Source: a virus
Virus record (IMG/VR): IMGVR_UViG_3300011114_000773
Span: 1 to 64,000 of that record
Reading direction: 5' to 3' (one strand)
Length of the DNA: 64,000 nt
Shown here one piece after another: positions 1 through 8,798 of the stretch. The notes below the pieces were generated by a model. The model was not told the DNA's origin. It was given only the letters and a program-made list of their open reading frames with translations, and did not search any database. The first letter of the stretch is position 1, and every line of letters starts with the position of its first letter. The position numbers were made by a program, and so were the translations under genes.

Positions 1-539
1 GCCGCTGTGGCCATCTGCGGGCTAACGAGCCAACTGCTCGGCATCCGATATTCAAAACCATGCTTTTGAATCCGAAAGTCCATCGCTTTTCCATAAGGAG
101 TCGCGGGACTCCCATAGATTTGCCGCGCCGGGGTTCGCCTCTCTTTGGCCTCTACGGGGTCTTCGACCAAGACTAACCATGGCGCGACAAACTGCGTTAG
201 AATTTCCGTTCCTGCTCTGGCGCTTATTTTCCGTTTTGTCCCAAAGTGGATATGTCCGCCAAGGGCATATTGTCCCTTGATAGACCCGGCTTGCCACCGG
301 AACCTCATTAGTTCCGGCTGCATAGAAACTCGGTGACTCATGGCCTTGGCTATATTTCCCACTACTTCCTTCGGGCACACGGATGGCGTTGGCCTGATTT
401 CAAAAGTCACCCCATTTCCATCCGTGCCTATCTCCTCCGCCGCGCTGCCGAAATGCTCGGCCTCGACGACACTCCCGGTTGAGCGGACCATGCAGAACTC
501 GGGGTCTGCACCAATCATTACATCATAGAATTTAGACAT
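1..539 (-). CDS. phiEco32-like COOH-NH2 ligase type 2 (putative amidoligase), runs off window start
   Basis: Not in ORF track; manual translation from ATG at 539: MSKFYDVMIGADPEF...FEIRP...GGHIHFG...YGKAMDFRIQKHGFEYRMPSSWL, no stop before position 1. Confidence 0.8.
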   Translation of the reverse strand, partial: MSKFYDVMIGADPEFCMVRSTGSVVEAEHFGSAAEEIGTDGNGVTFEIRPTPSVCPKEVVGNIAKAMSHRVSMQPELMRFRWQAGSIKGQYALGGHIHFGTKRKISARAGTEILTQFVAPWLVLVEDPVEAKERRTPARQIYGSPATPYGKAMDFRIQKHGFEYRMPSSWLVSPQMATA

Positions 540-555
540 ATATTTCTGTATTGGG

Positions 556-584
556 ATATTATCGGTAGTTGCAGCGCTTGTCAA
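556..584 (-). promoter_or_regulatory. sigma70-type promoter TTGACA-N17-TAATAT
   Basis: Near-consensus hexamers with 17-nt spacer upstream of the ATG at 539. Confidence 0.75.
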
Positions 585-647
585 GTATGGTGTATTGTTT
601 CGCTGTGTTAAGTAGCTAGCCGGACGACTTTGCGTGTAATACCGTCT

Positions 648-1067
648 ATGGTAGTGAATCGCACTTATAATGACATTTCTCGCTCTTCTGACTTCGGAGG
701 TCAGTTAATGTATCTTTATGATGCTGACCAAGGAGTATTCCGTCCAGTAAACACAGCGGACCTAGCAAGCTCTTCCCAAAGCACCGGCTCTAGCACGGTA
801 AGCTCTACGTCCATATCGGGCGTAAATGGGACTTGTCTTCCGAGAAATCTCTCTAGGAACTCTTATTTCATTCAAAATCTTTCGACCGGGTCGGCTCTTT
901 TCGTCAAATTGGGGACTGGGGCGTCTTCCACATCTTTTAATTTTATTTTAAAGGCAGATAACGTGCCGAATGGTGGGAATGGGGGTTCATCAGCAGACGA
1001 TGTATGGAAGGGTGATGTGTCCTGCTTCGGAAATGTCGATATAAGCTACGTCGCTTGGGAGGTATAA
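648..1067 (+). CDS. Ser/Gly-rich hypothetical protein, possibly virion
   Basis: ORF; ATG at 648 lies 8 nt after GTGTAA motif (634-639). Confidence 0.6.
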   Translation: MVVNRTYNDISRSSDFGGQLMYLYDADQGVFRPVNTADLASSSQSTGSSTVSSTSISGVNGTCLPRNLSRNSYFIQNLSTGSALFVKLGTGASSTSFNFILKADNVPNGGNGGSSADDVWKGDVSCFGNVDISYVAWEV

Positions 1068-1068
1068 A

Positions 1069-1464
1069 ATGATAAGGCTTTCTCAATCATCTGGCGGCGG
1101 AGGCGAGACTACGGTTAATTATATCATTTCGGATACAATCGCTAAAATAGCGAGCGGAACGATAAACGCAGGAAGTCTAGCTACGACTTCGTTATCTTGG
1201 ATTAACTCATGCAATCTGAGCAATACGGTTCCGATGTTCGCAATAATTAAAAAGGTCAGTGGGACTTTCGCTCTATCTAGCCTCGATTTGAAAATAGGCT
1301 CGACCTCGGTCGCTTCTGAATCTCTCGCTTCGCTTACCACGACAATTTCACCGTTATCTCTAGCAGGAAACGTAGATAATGGGGCGAGCCTAGATGTTCA
1401 GGTTACTGCTATAGAGCTATCCTCTGCCACTTTCTCTGTCGATATTTATGGGATGAAGTATTAA
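1069..1464 (+). CDS. Ser/Thr-rich hypothetical protein, possibly virion
   Basis: ORF starts 1 nt after previous stop; beta-rich composition. Confidence 0.55.
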   Translation: MIRLSQSSGGGGETTVNYIISDTIAKIASGTINAGSLATTSLSWINSCNLSNTVPMFAIIKKVSGTFALSSLDLKIGSTSVASESLASLTTTISPLSLAGNVDNGASLDVQVTAIELSSATFSVDIYGMKY

Positions 1465-1887
1465 GTCGGAGGTAGCTGTCACCTGAGCGAAATCGAACAT
1501 GACTCCCGGCCTAGCTCGGAACACGAACTCGTGGAGTCTTCCGTTCCCCACTGGTCCATTTCTTTGAAAGAAAACAGACATACGAATGGCTTCCTCGATA
1601 TATCTCTGGCCCGTCTCTGGCTCCAGAGCCTTAACTACAGAACATAAACCCTCATACTCAAATCGCTCGTCGATATCAGCAGCAGCAAGCCCATAGCAGA
1701 TTCCCTTCGCGAAGGATATATCAGAGCGGTTGTCCAATACCGCCTTCATCTTGGCGTTCGTAAAAAACACCCTGTCAGACCAATCGCCGAAGTCTGGATA
1801 ATCTGCGAGAGGCGTCTCCAACAGTTTGCGAGCTTCTTCAAGGGCTATCTGACGACGAGATTTGCGTTCTACAGGCATTTTTGGCAT
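1417..1887 (-). CDS. hypothetical protein
   Basis: 156-aa ORF in the minus-strand gene run. Confidence 0.55.
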   Translation of the reverse strand: MPKMPVERKSRRQIALEEARKLLETPLADYPDFGDWSDRVFFTNAKMKAVLDNRSDISFAKGICYGLAAADIDERFEYEGLCSVVKALEPETGQRYIEEAIRMSVFFQRNGPVGNGRLHEFVFRARPGVMFDFAQVTATSDLILHPINIDRESGRG

Positions 1888-2000
1888 AAGAATTGCTTAC
1901 CGGCTTCGTTAAGCGTTAGTTTTTGCATGGGTGTTTCTTCATGGCAGCATTCGCACTCGCATAATTCGCCAAGAGATACGGATACATCGTCTGTTTCCAT
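1869..2000 (-). CDS. small Cys-rich (zinc-finger-like) protein, 43 aa
   Basis: METDDVSVSLGELCECECCHEETPMQKLTLNEAGKQFLCQKCL; ATG 6 nt after the -10 of a TTGACA-N17-TAATAT promoter (2007-2035). Confidence 0.6.
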   Translation of the reverse strand: METDDVSVSLGELCECECCHEETPMQKLTLNEAGKQFLCQKCL

Positions 2001-2039
2001 ACGCAGATATTAACAGCATCCGCAGACAGTGTCAATACT

Positions 2040-2510
2040 TTACGAAAAATGGGCCTCAATTAAAAACTCTACGAACGCCCTTGTGCTTGGATGTAGCCGC
2101 ATTATGTTCTTATTATTTTCATACCATTCCGCGATTTCCCATCTTCCCGTTATAGATTTTCCAGCACCAGCCCAATCGGCCACCATTTCTCTTATGTATT
2201 CCGTCGGCATTGGTAATGCTTTTATCTCTCCAGAATCGTCTAGGAGAACCCAGTGCTGCCAATGGTGAGGATTGACGTTTTGATGATGAAGCCATGCTTT
2301 ATCAAAATCTTCACGGATAGAGTCTGGAACGCAAGTCTTGTTATACCCACCATAAAAGAGTTCTACGTAAGGACTGAACTCCTTAAATCCAAACTTACTG
2401 AGGTCGTGAATTAGCAGTTGCCAAATAGGAACTCTAGTCTTTATACCAGCGACAAAAACCCAATATTTATGGCGAGCAATATAGCTCAAGTATTTGATAT
2501 ATTTTTTCAT
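2040..2510 (-). CDS. DUF5662-like HD-fold protein
   Basis: HK, HDLSKF, HH..NPHHW, EMVADW motifs. Confidence 0.7.
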   Translation of the reverse strand: MKKYIKYLSYIARHKYWVFVAGIKTRVPIWQLLIHDLSKFGFKEFSPYVELFYGGYNKTCVPDSIREDFDKAWLHHQNVNPHHWQHWVLLDDSGEIKALPMPTEYIREMVADWAGAGKSITGRWEIAEWYENNKNIMRLHPSTRAFVEFLIEAHFS

Positions 2511-2770
2511 TGCTTCTTCTTATATTTTACGCACGTATATAAAAAAATAATGCTTAAAATTGTAAAAACGATATTATTGATTAAAAACATCACGGGCAAT
2601 ACGTCCATCGCCATACAGGAGAGGACTCCGAATACATTGCCAGCGAAAGCAATCCAACATGACGATAAATTTATGTCTTCAACGCTCCTAGTCCTTACCA
2701 TCTGCCGTATCTGTGGAATATTGCTAGCGATAAAGCAAATAGACATTAACGCCGCAAAAATTTCATTCAT
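2507..2770 (-). CDS. PQ-loop / SemiSWEET-like membrane protein
   Basis: 87 aa, three hydrophobic helices, IPQI..RTRSVEDI motif. Confidence 0.7.
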   Translation of the reverse strand: MNEIFAALMSICFIASNIPQIRQMVRTRSVEDINLSSCWIAFAGNVFGVLSCMAMDVLPVMFLINNIVFTILSIIFLYTCVKYKKKQ

Positions 2771-2774
2771 ATTA

Positions 2775-3158
2775 TTAATTCAGGCGCTCAAAGATATTAC
2801 CGATGACCACGAGGGTATCCTTCCCAAGCATTTTAAGATTTCTGGTATATACGCCAAAATCATCTCCGTCTCTATTTGCCGAAATTAAGGAAAATCCGCA
2901 TTCGCTCCAGATGACTTCGTAATCAGCCTGATAGTCTTTTCCCGCATTTATTCTGACGATATCTCCTTCGTAAATATCTACTTTTTTGTCATCTACAAGC
3001 CCGGTAAACTGCTGAATCTCTAAGTCGCAGAACTCCTCAAGTCGATACTGTTTAAGCAAATCAAACGCCGTGCATTCGCCGATGATATGAAAGCCGATGA
3101 ACGTGCTGGGGAATTTCTTATTTTTAGCGTCCCATGCTCTGAATTTAATTGTTCTCAT
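2775..3158 (-). CDS. YopX family protein
   Basis: MRTIKFRAWD...QFTGL.D...IYEGDIV...VIGNIFE. Confidence 0.85.
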   Translation of the reverse strand: MRTIKFRAWDAKNKKFPSTFIGFHIIGECTAFDLLKQYRLEEFCDLEIQQFTGLVDDKKVDIYEGDIVRINAGKDYQADYEVIWSECGFSLISANRDGDDFGVYTRNLKMLGKDTLVVIGNIFERLN

Positions 3159-3159
3159 A

Positions 3160-3399
3160 TCAGTCCCAAAAAAGCTGTGACCCGGTTAATGAGCCGTTAA
3201 TCATTCTCTGTAATACCGCTTCTGCGTCATGGGCATACACGCCTTTTTCAGAGCAGGTCTGGATTCCGAATAAGGCGCTAAATGTCCTCCTATTCAGTTT
3301 ATTTTTAATCAGTCCTCCGTCTAGGTCTTTATGAGTAACGATAAGCACGCCATTGTCATCCGTAATCGGTATCTTTAGTTTATTTAAAAGATTATTCAT
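3160..3399 (-). CDS. hypothetical protein
   Basis: 79-aa ORF abutting YopX. Confidence 0.5.
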   Translation of the reverse strand: MNNLLNKLKIPITDDNGVLIVTHKDLDGGLIKNKLNRRTFSALFGIQTCSEKGVYAHDAEAVLQRMINGSLTGSQLFWD

Positions 3400-3569
3400 T
3401 AGTTTTGGCTAAAAAGTATCACATCGCCTCCTATATTTCGACAAAGGAGCCACTTTTACGCTAAAGTCTATCGTGCGGCTCTTAAATGGTATGGTGCTCA
3501 TTTGCTTTCGATATAGCATATTCTTCTTTTATCATAGAGTCAAGGCATTTCGGTGTAACATTTAATATC

Positions 3570-3860
3570 ATGTCAAATGAGTCAGAACTACAAAAAGAAT
3601 GGCGAGATATTGTTATTAACAAACTCGATAGGATTGAAGCTGACCAAAAATCTGTTCAGTTGCAAATATCGAATAGCGTAGCTGTCGCCGCAGATGTTCG
3701 GCATTTACAAGCTAAACTTGCGAACTTAGAGCTTACCGTCAAAAATGACTATGTGACTAAACAGCAATACTCTACAGTCGAAAGGATTGTATATGGCGTA
3801 GTAACGACGACTCTCTTAGCAATCGTCGGTGCTATAATCACACTAGTTTTAAATAAATGA
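3570..3860 (+). CDS. coiled-coil protein with C-terminal TM helix (XhlA/holin-like architecture)
   Basis: Heptad-rich N-terminus, C-terminal IVYGVVTTTLLAIVGAIITLVL; GTGTAA motif at 3553-3558. Confidence 0.6.
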   Translation: MSNESELQKEWRDIVINKLDRIEADQKSVQLQISNSVAVAADVRHLQAKLANLELTVKNDYVTKQQYSTVERIVYGVVTTTLLAIVGAIITLVLNK

Positions 3861-4366
3861 AAACCAATCTATCTCTTAAGGAACTAACAAACAAGCTATC
3901 GACCATCGAAGAAAGGCGGAAACTGGCCTTGAGTGCGAGTGGAGTAGGAATTTGGGACTGGGATATTATTAATGATACCCTATTTTGGGATGAGGGGATG
4001 TGCTATATCTACGGCCTGACTATGGAACAGTTCGGGGGAAGATATGAAGCTTGGGCTAGCCTGCTTCATCAGGAAGACAAGCAGCAAACAGAGAAAGCCA
4101 TACAGCGCTGCCTAGCAGATTCAGCCCAACCTTATTCATTTAAATTCAGAATCAAGCGCGATAACTGCTGGCGCATAGTCTCTGGATTTGGCAATTGTAT
4201 TCGAGATATTGACGACCGACCGATAAGGATGGTGGGGATTAACGTCTTGGAGCCTGATTTCTGCGCAGAGCACTGTACGCGCAGTAAAGAGAACAATCCA
4301 TGCGATATATGCCCGACTAGGTTCGCTAGACTATACCAAGTGATATCTTCAGATGGGCCTAAATAG
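3857..4366 (+). CDS. stand-alone PAS (PAS_3-type) domain protein with Cys-rich tail
   Basis: ALSASGVGIWDWDI...W...LHQED...FRI...W...G..IRD...PIRMVGIN; tail CAEHC..CDIC. Confidence 0.85.
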   Translation: MKTNLSLKELTNKLSTIEERRKLALSASGVGIWDWDIINDTLFWDEGMCYIYGLTMEQFGGRYEAWASLLHQEDKQQTEKAIQRCLADSAQPYSFKFRIKRDNCWRIVSGFGNCIRDIDDRPIRMVGINVLEPDFCAEHCTRSKENNPCDICPTRFARLYQVISSDGPK

Positions 4367-4513
4367 GCTAGGTAGCGTTTCAAAAATATCTAATATCTCA
4401 TAATGCGTCGGGGCGAGCAAGCTCTCCATCTCTCCGACGTGAGTTGTCAGACTCTCATCTGTAATCCATACTCGCCAGATTTTTTCTCTTAGTTTTGATG
4501 CGTGGGTTTTCAT
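4349..4513 (-). CDS. small hypothetical protein, 54 aa
   Basis: MKTHASKLREKIWRVWITD...; ATGA overlap with upstream YopX stop. Confidence 0.45.
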   Translation of the reverse strand: MKTHASKLREKIWRVWITDESLTTHVGEMESLLAPTHYEILDIFETLPSLFRPI

Positions 4514-4965
4514 TTATTTAAAAGCTCTGGATTCTCAAAGATATTACCGACTATTTCATACTGATTTCCAAAAAGGGAAAACTGCCTGTCTCCATCGTCT
4601 CTCGGCAAAGGTCTAGCGTGGAAAAACCAAGCAGAATTAGGCAGTCGCTTGACGAGAATCTCGCATTTGTGCTTGGTATCGGAAAAGTTCCCGTCTTGCA
4701 CTGAGCCTTCTCGGAGTAGCACGATATCTCCCTCGTAAATATCCTTGCCATTTTTATCCACAAGGCCAGTGAACTGCTGCTCTACATATTCGTCGTCTTC
4801 TTCGGGGTAGTAACAATCTAGCGCTCCATTTGGAGGACTGCTCACGAAGTACTGCCCGCCTTCGTAATCGTGTCGCGGACAGACACAGGAGATAGCGAAA
4901 TCGTCCCAATCTGCCCAAGTCCCTAGCTTCTTATCCCAAACGCGAAATTTAATTTCTCTTTTCAT
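4510..4965 (-). CDS. YopX family protein
   Basis: MKREIKFRVWD...QFTGLVDKNGKDIYEGDIV...IVGNIFENPELL. Confidence 0.9.
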   Translation of the reverse strand: MKREIKFRVWDKKLGTWADWDDFAISCVCPRHDYEGGQYFVSSPPNGALDCYYPEEDDEYVEQQFTGLVDKNGKDIYEGDIVLLREGSVQDGNFSDTKHKCEILVKRLPNSAWFFHARPLPRDDGDRQFSLFGNQYEIVGNIFENPELLNK

Positions 4966-4970
4966 GTGTT

Positions 4971-5306
4971 TTACTTGTTTTTATCTATAAATTCTTGCAC
5001 TTCTCTGGCGTCGGTATAAGCTCCAGCGTTCGCTAATATTGTCGGCGAAGGGACTGACCAAGAGCGATTAGACGTGAGATGAATAACATTAAAAATAGGG
5101 CCGAATCCTACGGGAGCCTCTGTGTCGGTAGTCTCGTACTCTCCACGGAAGAACTTCTCGACGCCAGCAGTAGCGGCTTCGGCGATGACTTGGTCCGGTC
5201 CAAGTCCATCAAGCGCCTCTTTTGGTAGAGATATTTCATTAGACCAGTTATTCCCGAGGACTTTAAAATTTTCGCTATTCGTCTTATTGGCTCTTGTCGT
5301 TTTCAT
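4971..5306 (-). CDS. hypothetical protein
   Basis: ORF; start trimmed to MKTTRANK to limit overlap. Confidence 0.5.
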   Translation of the reverse strand: MKTTRANKTNSENFKVLGNNWSNEISLPKEALDGLGPDQVIAEAATAGVEKFFRGEYETTDTEAPVGFGPIFNVIHLTSNRSWSVPSPTILANAGAYTDAREVQEFIDKNK

Positions 5307-5592
5307 AAAAAGTACAGTTAAAAGTTTTGTCTCCCTTTGCTTGGATAACCACGCTAGTCTCTTTCCCATCGTTGTACTTCAAGACGACTTCCTTCAAGCA
5401 AAAATGGCAAACAGGAGAAACCGACGCGGTCTTAGTTTCATCTTTAAAAGAATAGTCGAAATAAGATAATTTACGAGCCTCCTTTAAGACTTCGTAGTCA
5501 TCCTGAGCATAAGCCATCGCGCATACGCAGCACTTTAGAACACGTTTCGAGGAAGGATTCGGTTCAATTAGAATTACGGTATTAGGATTCAT
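5284..5592 (-). CDS. hypothetical protein with two CxxC motifs
   Basis: CCVC and CHFC; start trimmed to MNPNTV. Confidence 0.5.
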   Translation of the reverse strand: MNPNTVILIEPNPSSKRVLKCCVCAMAYAQDDYEVLKEARKLSYFDYSFKDETKTASVSPVCHFCLKEVVLKYNDGKETSVVIQAKGDKTFNCTFYENDKSQ

Positions 5593-5962
5593 AGAATACG
5601 ATAAAGTCAGGAAGACATTCCCCATCGTTCTCATCGACCTTTATAGCTTTGTCGTCAAAGAAGTGAGTAAAATGCGGATATTTAATAGCTGTTACCGGAA
5701 GTTTTGGAATCCCGTTTCGTTCAAGAAAATCCCAAATCATACGAGTCTGATTTTTAATAAACGCCTCAGAGCGAAGACCGGCTTTGCCAGCAGGAGCGAC
5801 ACGCGCTGTGAAAATACTTACTTTATAGTCCTTGTCGAGCCAAACTTTGAGCCGATTGAGTATTTTCGGCACGGGTGCTCCGACAGTGCTAATTCCGTTT
5901 TTGCCGCCATGATAAAAGGCTAGTGTTCTATCAAAGTCAAGGGCGATATGTATTCCTTTCAT
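5582..5962 (-). CDS. HAD-superfamily phosphatase (phage PNKP-phosphatase-like)
   Basis: IALDFDRTLA, IFTAR, K, FFDD motifs. Confidence 0.75.
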   Translation of the reverse strand: MKGIHIALDFDRTLAFYHGGKNGISTVGAPVPKILNRLKVWLDKDYKVSIFTARVAPAGKAGLRSEAFIKNQTRMIWDFLERNGIPKLPVTAIKYPHFTHFFDDKAIKVDENDGECLPDFIVFYES

Positions 5963-5971
5963 ACGGAAATA

Positions 5972-6412
5972 TTACTTCGATATGGAGATGGAGTCAAGAC
6001 GAATTTGGCGCAAGTCTATACCGAACTCTTTAGCTAATTTTATCGTTAGCCCCGAGTCGTATCCCGATGCCTCTTCCGAGAAGCAAACCATTTTGATTCG
6101 TTTCTGCGCGATTATCTTTATACATTCACAGCAAGGCATGTGAGTTACGCATAGGAGTTCTACCTCGCCGGGGAGGCAAAAATTTAACGTGTTGCTCTCG
6201 GCGTGCAAAACCCTTTTCCTACGTTCGTCGCGATTACTCCAGTCGATTTCAACCCCACAAGGCGCTCCGTTATACCCGAGGACTACAGAGCCGTCATATT
6301 TCTTAGCAAACGCTCCCACTATTAAAAATGGGTCTTCAGAACGGCATTTAGCGATTTCATAAGCTAGGCGGATTCCTGTCTCCGCCCAGCCAAGGCGTTC
6401 GCGAGCGCTCAT
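5972..6412 (-). CDS. dCMP deaminase
   Basis: GYNG, HAE.N, PC..C zinc motifs. Confidence 0.9.
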   Translation of the reverse strand: MSARERLGWAETGIRLAYEIAKCRSEDPFLIVGAFAKKYDGSVVLGYNGAPCGVEIDWSNRDERRKRVLHAESNTLNFCLPGEVELLCVTHMPCCECIKIIAQKRIKMVCFSEEASGYDSGLTIKLAKEFGIDLRQIRLDSISISK

Positions 6413-7416
6413 TTAAATACGATTACATTAGTACCAGCGACTAACTTGCGGTTTACGCTAGTGGACTGCAAAAAGATATTAAACACGGTATTATTTGCCG
6501 GACAGACCTTCACGGTCGTTCCCGTAGGCAGCCCAATCAGATTTCGCGCATTGTCGCCAGAATAGACCTTGCCCGTGAGCTTTTCTTGAATGCAAATTTG
6601 CTTATAGGGCTGGACTGTCTCGGGCTTGACCAATTGATGATAAGTAGAGCCAACAACATACGGGACTTTAGTCCAACTTTCGACGAAGTCTTTGATTGCA
6701 GCCCCTTCTCGGGCGACTGGCAAAACCATAAACGAAGTAGGAGGGATGGCGTCGAGAGAACTCTTCACGACGGTCCTGCTGAGTCCGGTAGTGTCCAAGG
6801 AGAACAGGGTCTTAGTGCCTCTTGTTCCAGTGGAACGGGAGGTCATAAAACTCTGCGTCGCAGAAGACACAACATCCCCAGCGTCATCCATACCTGCTCC
6901 AGTTGCAGTCCAAACGGCAATATTGTTCGCTGGAAAGCCGAATTTTTTCGCGTCATGCACGCCAACTTGATTTGGGACTAGCGCCGCAAGTGTCCAGTTT
7001 TCGGGGAGAAGTTTAATTCTCTCTGTTAGGGTCGCCGCAGTAATTCCTCGACTCGCGTTCTCTTCGCCGTCGGTAATAACATAAATCAAAAACGCATGGT
7101 CGCCATGAAGCTGCGCGGTCTGCTCAAGCTCTTTAATGGCAGTGGCAGTGGCGGACATTAAAGCTGTCTTGCCACCCGTGACATACAGCGATTTAAGCGA
7201 CGGCAAACGGAGCACGTCCTTATCATAAACGAGGCAGGTCGTATCGCTATTAAATACATAAACCGTTACTCGCGTTTCCTGATTGAGAGTTTTTGACTGT
7301 TGCGCAAGTTTAGATATCTGCGAATCAAATACGCGGATGACGTTTTCCGAAAGAGAGTGCATTGAGCCAGAGCCGTCGATGACGAAACAGATGTGATTGA
7401 TAATATCTTTAATCAT
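6409..7416 (-). CDS. von Willebrand factor A domain protein
   Basis: MIDAS DGSGSM, T, ITDGEEN. Confidence 0.85.
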   Translation of the reverse strand: MIKDIINHICFVIDGSGSMHSLSENVIRVFDSQISKLAQQSKTLNQETRVTVYVFNSDTTCLVYDKDVLRLPSLKSLYVTGGKTALMSATATAIKELEQTAQLHGDHAFLIYVITDGEENASRGITAATLTERIKLLPENWTLAALVPNQVGVHDAKKFGFPANNIAVWTATGAGMDDAGDVVSSATQSFMTSRSTGTRGTKTLFSLDTTGLSRTVVKSSLDAIPPTSFMVLPVAREGAAIKDFVESWTKVPYVVGSTYHQLVKPETVQPYKQICIQEKLTGKVYSGDNARNLIGLPTGTTVKVCPANNTVFNIFLQSTSVNRKLVAGTNVIVFK

Positions 7417-7450
7417 AATATTAGACTTTTTTTAACTACAAAACTTTAAC

Positions 7451-7681
7451 TTATTTTCTATTTTTTTTACTGAAATTGTCTTCTTTCGTAAGAATCGCAG
7501 CTATTAGTGCGCGAATGCCATCCTCCCTGCGGAAGAGCAAGGTTCCCTTTGTCTGTTCTCTCCTATCTACATCATAGTAGTCGTAGTCATATTTAGTTTT
7601 TCCAGAGATATCCTCGCCCTTATTTTGGCCATAAATATGACCGATAAGTGACCCATTGATTTTAAGTTCTACAGTGAACAT
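7451..7681 (-). CDS. hypothetical protein
   Basis: 76-aa ORF in operon. Confidence 0.55.
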   Translation of the reverse strand: MFTVELKINGSLIGHIYGQNKGEDISGKTKYDYDYYDVDRREQTKGTLLFRREDGIRALIAAILTKEDNFSKKNRK

Positions 7682-7690
7682 ATTAATTTA

Positions 7691-8104
7691 TTAATCGTAT
7701 ATACTTCCTGCCTGTCCGGTACTATTACTATTTGTACATTCAAAATTATGGTCGGTGGCGTGCGGACAACGCTTGTTACCACAAATTTCGCATACAATCA
7801 TGCCCACAAATTCGCCGCCCATTCCAAAAGTAGTTAAATCGGAGCCTGTTAGAGAGACAGCTTTGACAGCCCCGCGTTCAGTGAGACACTGGCGGCAGCG
7901 GCATAATTTGTTTTCAAGTTGAGCGGCGTCTGTTTGCTCAAAAATATCGTCGAGCGCATCCAGAGATACGACAACGTCTTCTCTGTGATAATCGAACTCC
8001 TCCTTCTCTGCTGCATCTGCGAATTGATAGTCGCCGCACAATGAGTCTAGGTCTTCTATCATTTTGGCGATTTTGTTTTTGATGTCTTGGGCAGTAGTTT
8101 TCAT
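7691..8104 (-). CDS. hypothetical protein with Cys-rich C-terminal domain
   Basis: CRCRQC...CEICGNKRCPHATDH. Confidence 0.6.
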   Translation of the reverse strand: MKTTAQDIKNKIAKMIEDLDSLCGDYQFADAAEKEEFDYHREDVVVSLDALDDIFEQTDAAQLENKLCRCRQCLTERGAVKAVSLTGSDLTTFGMGGEFVGMIVCEICGNKRCPHATDHNFECTNSNSTGQAGSIYD

Positions 8105-8475
8105 TTGTTTTTTAGCAGTAGGTCAATGTCCCGTTTCGCATAAGAGTTTAGCGTATGAATAGTATAATGAGGTAATCTTAAGCCTTTGTCAAGGCAGTAA
8201 CTCAATAGCCATTTCGCGCAGTGCCAGCCGGTCTTGGGGCAGCAGGAATCATAAGGAAAATTTGCCCGACCTTCTCTCACACAAAAATCAAACAGGGAAT
8301 AATGGCTCTCATGTAAATCGTTATCAAATGATACGTGCTCGGGTATCCCTCTGGAAATCACCATGCTGACGAACTCGTCGTAGCTCCTGACAATAGTCCA
8401 CGTAACAAACGGCAACTCAACCCAAACGACATCCTGTACTTTGCGCGTATCGTCCAAAAAAAGATTGTAGTACAT
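8101..8475 (-). CDS. cyclic-phosphate-processing receiver-like domain protein
   Basis: LFLDD.R, VRSYDEF, SFDNDL, TG..CAKWL, HT.N. Confidence 0.75.
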   Translation of the reverse strand: MYYNLFLDDTRKVQDVVWVELPFVTWTIVRSYDEFVSMVISRGIPEHVSFDNDLHESHYSLFDFCVREGRANFPYDSCCPKTGWHCAKWLLSYCLDKGLRLPHYTIHTLNSYAKRDIDLLLKNK

Positions 8476-8477
8476 CC

Positions 8478-8798
8478 TTAATAGCTCCTATGCTGATAAG
8501 TCTCTGTAGTTATCATAACAGGCTTCCTGTTTATACATTTAGTCCACGAGCACTCCAAAAAGTCGCGGGAGCTATTTTTCTCATATTTTATCTTATACCA
8601 TTTTTTCTTCCCCGGCGGACGAATAAGTATTTCACTCGTGGGAATTCTACAGCCGATTATTTCTCCGACTGGGCCGAAAACGAGAATAGCGATTCTCTCA
8701 AAAATATTAAAAGTCAAATAACCAAGTCCGTCATCTGCGATACTGAAGCTGGGGAATTTCGAGGGAATGCTGGCGCTTTTTACGTGATATGTTTTCAT
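8478..8798 (-). CDS. hypothetical protein
   Basis: 106-aa ORF coupled to ligase stop. Confidence 0.5.
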   Translation of the reverse strand: MKTYHVKSASIPSKFPSFSIADDGLGYLTFNIFERIAILVFGPVGEIIGCRIPTSEILIRPPGKKKWYKIKYEKNSSRDFLECSWTKCINRKPVMITTETYQHRSY

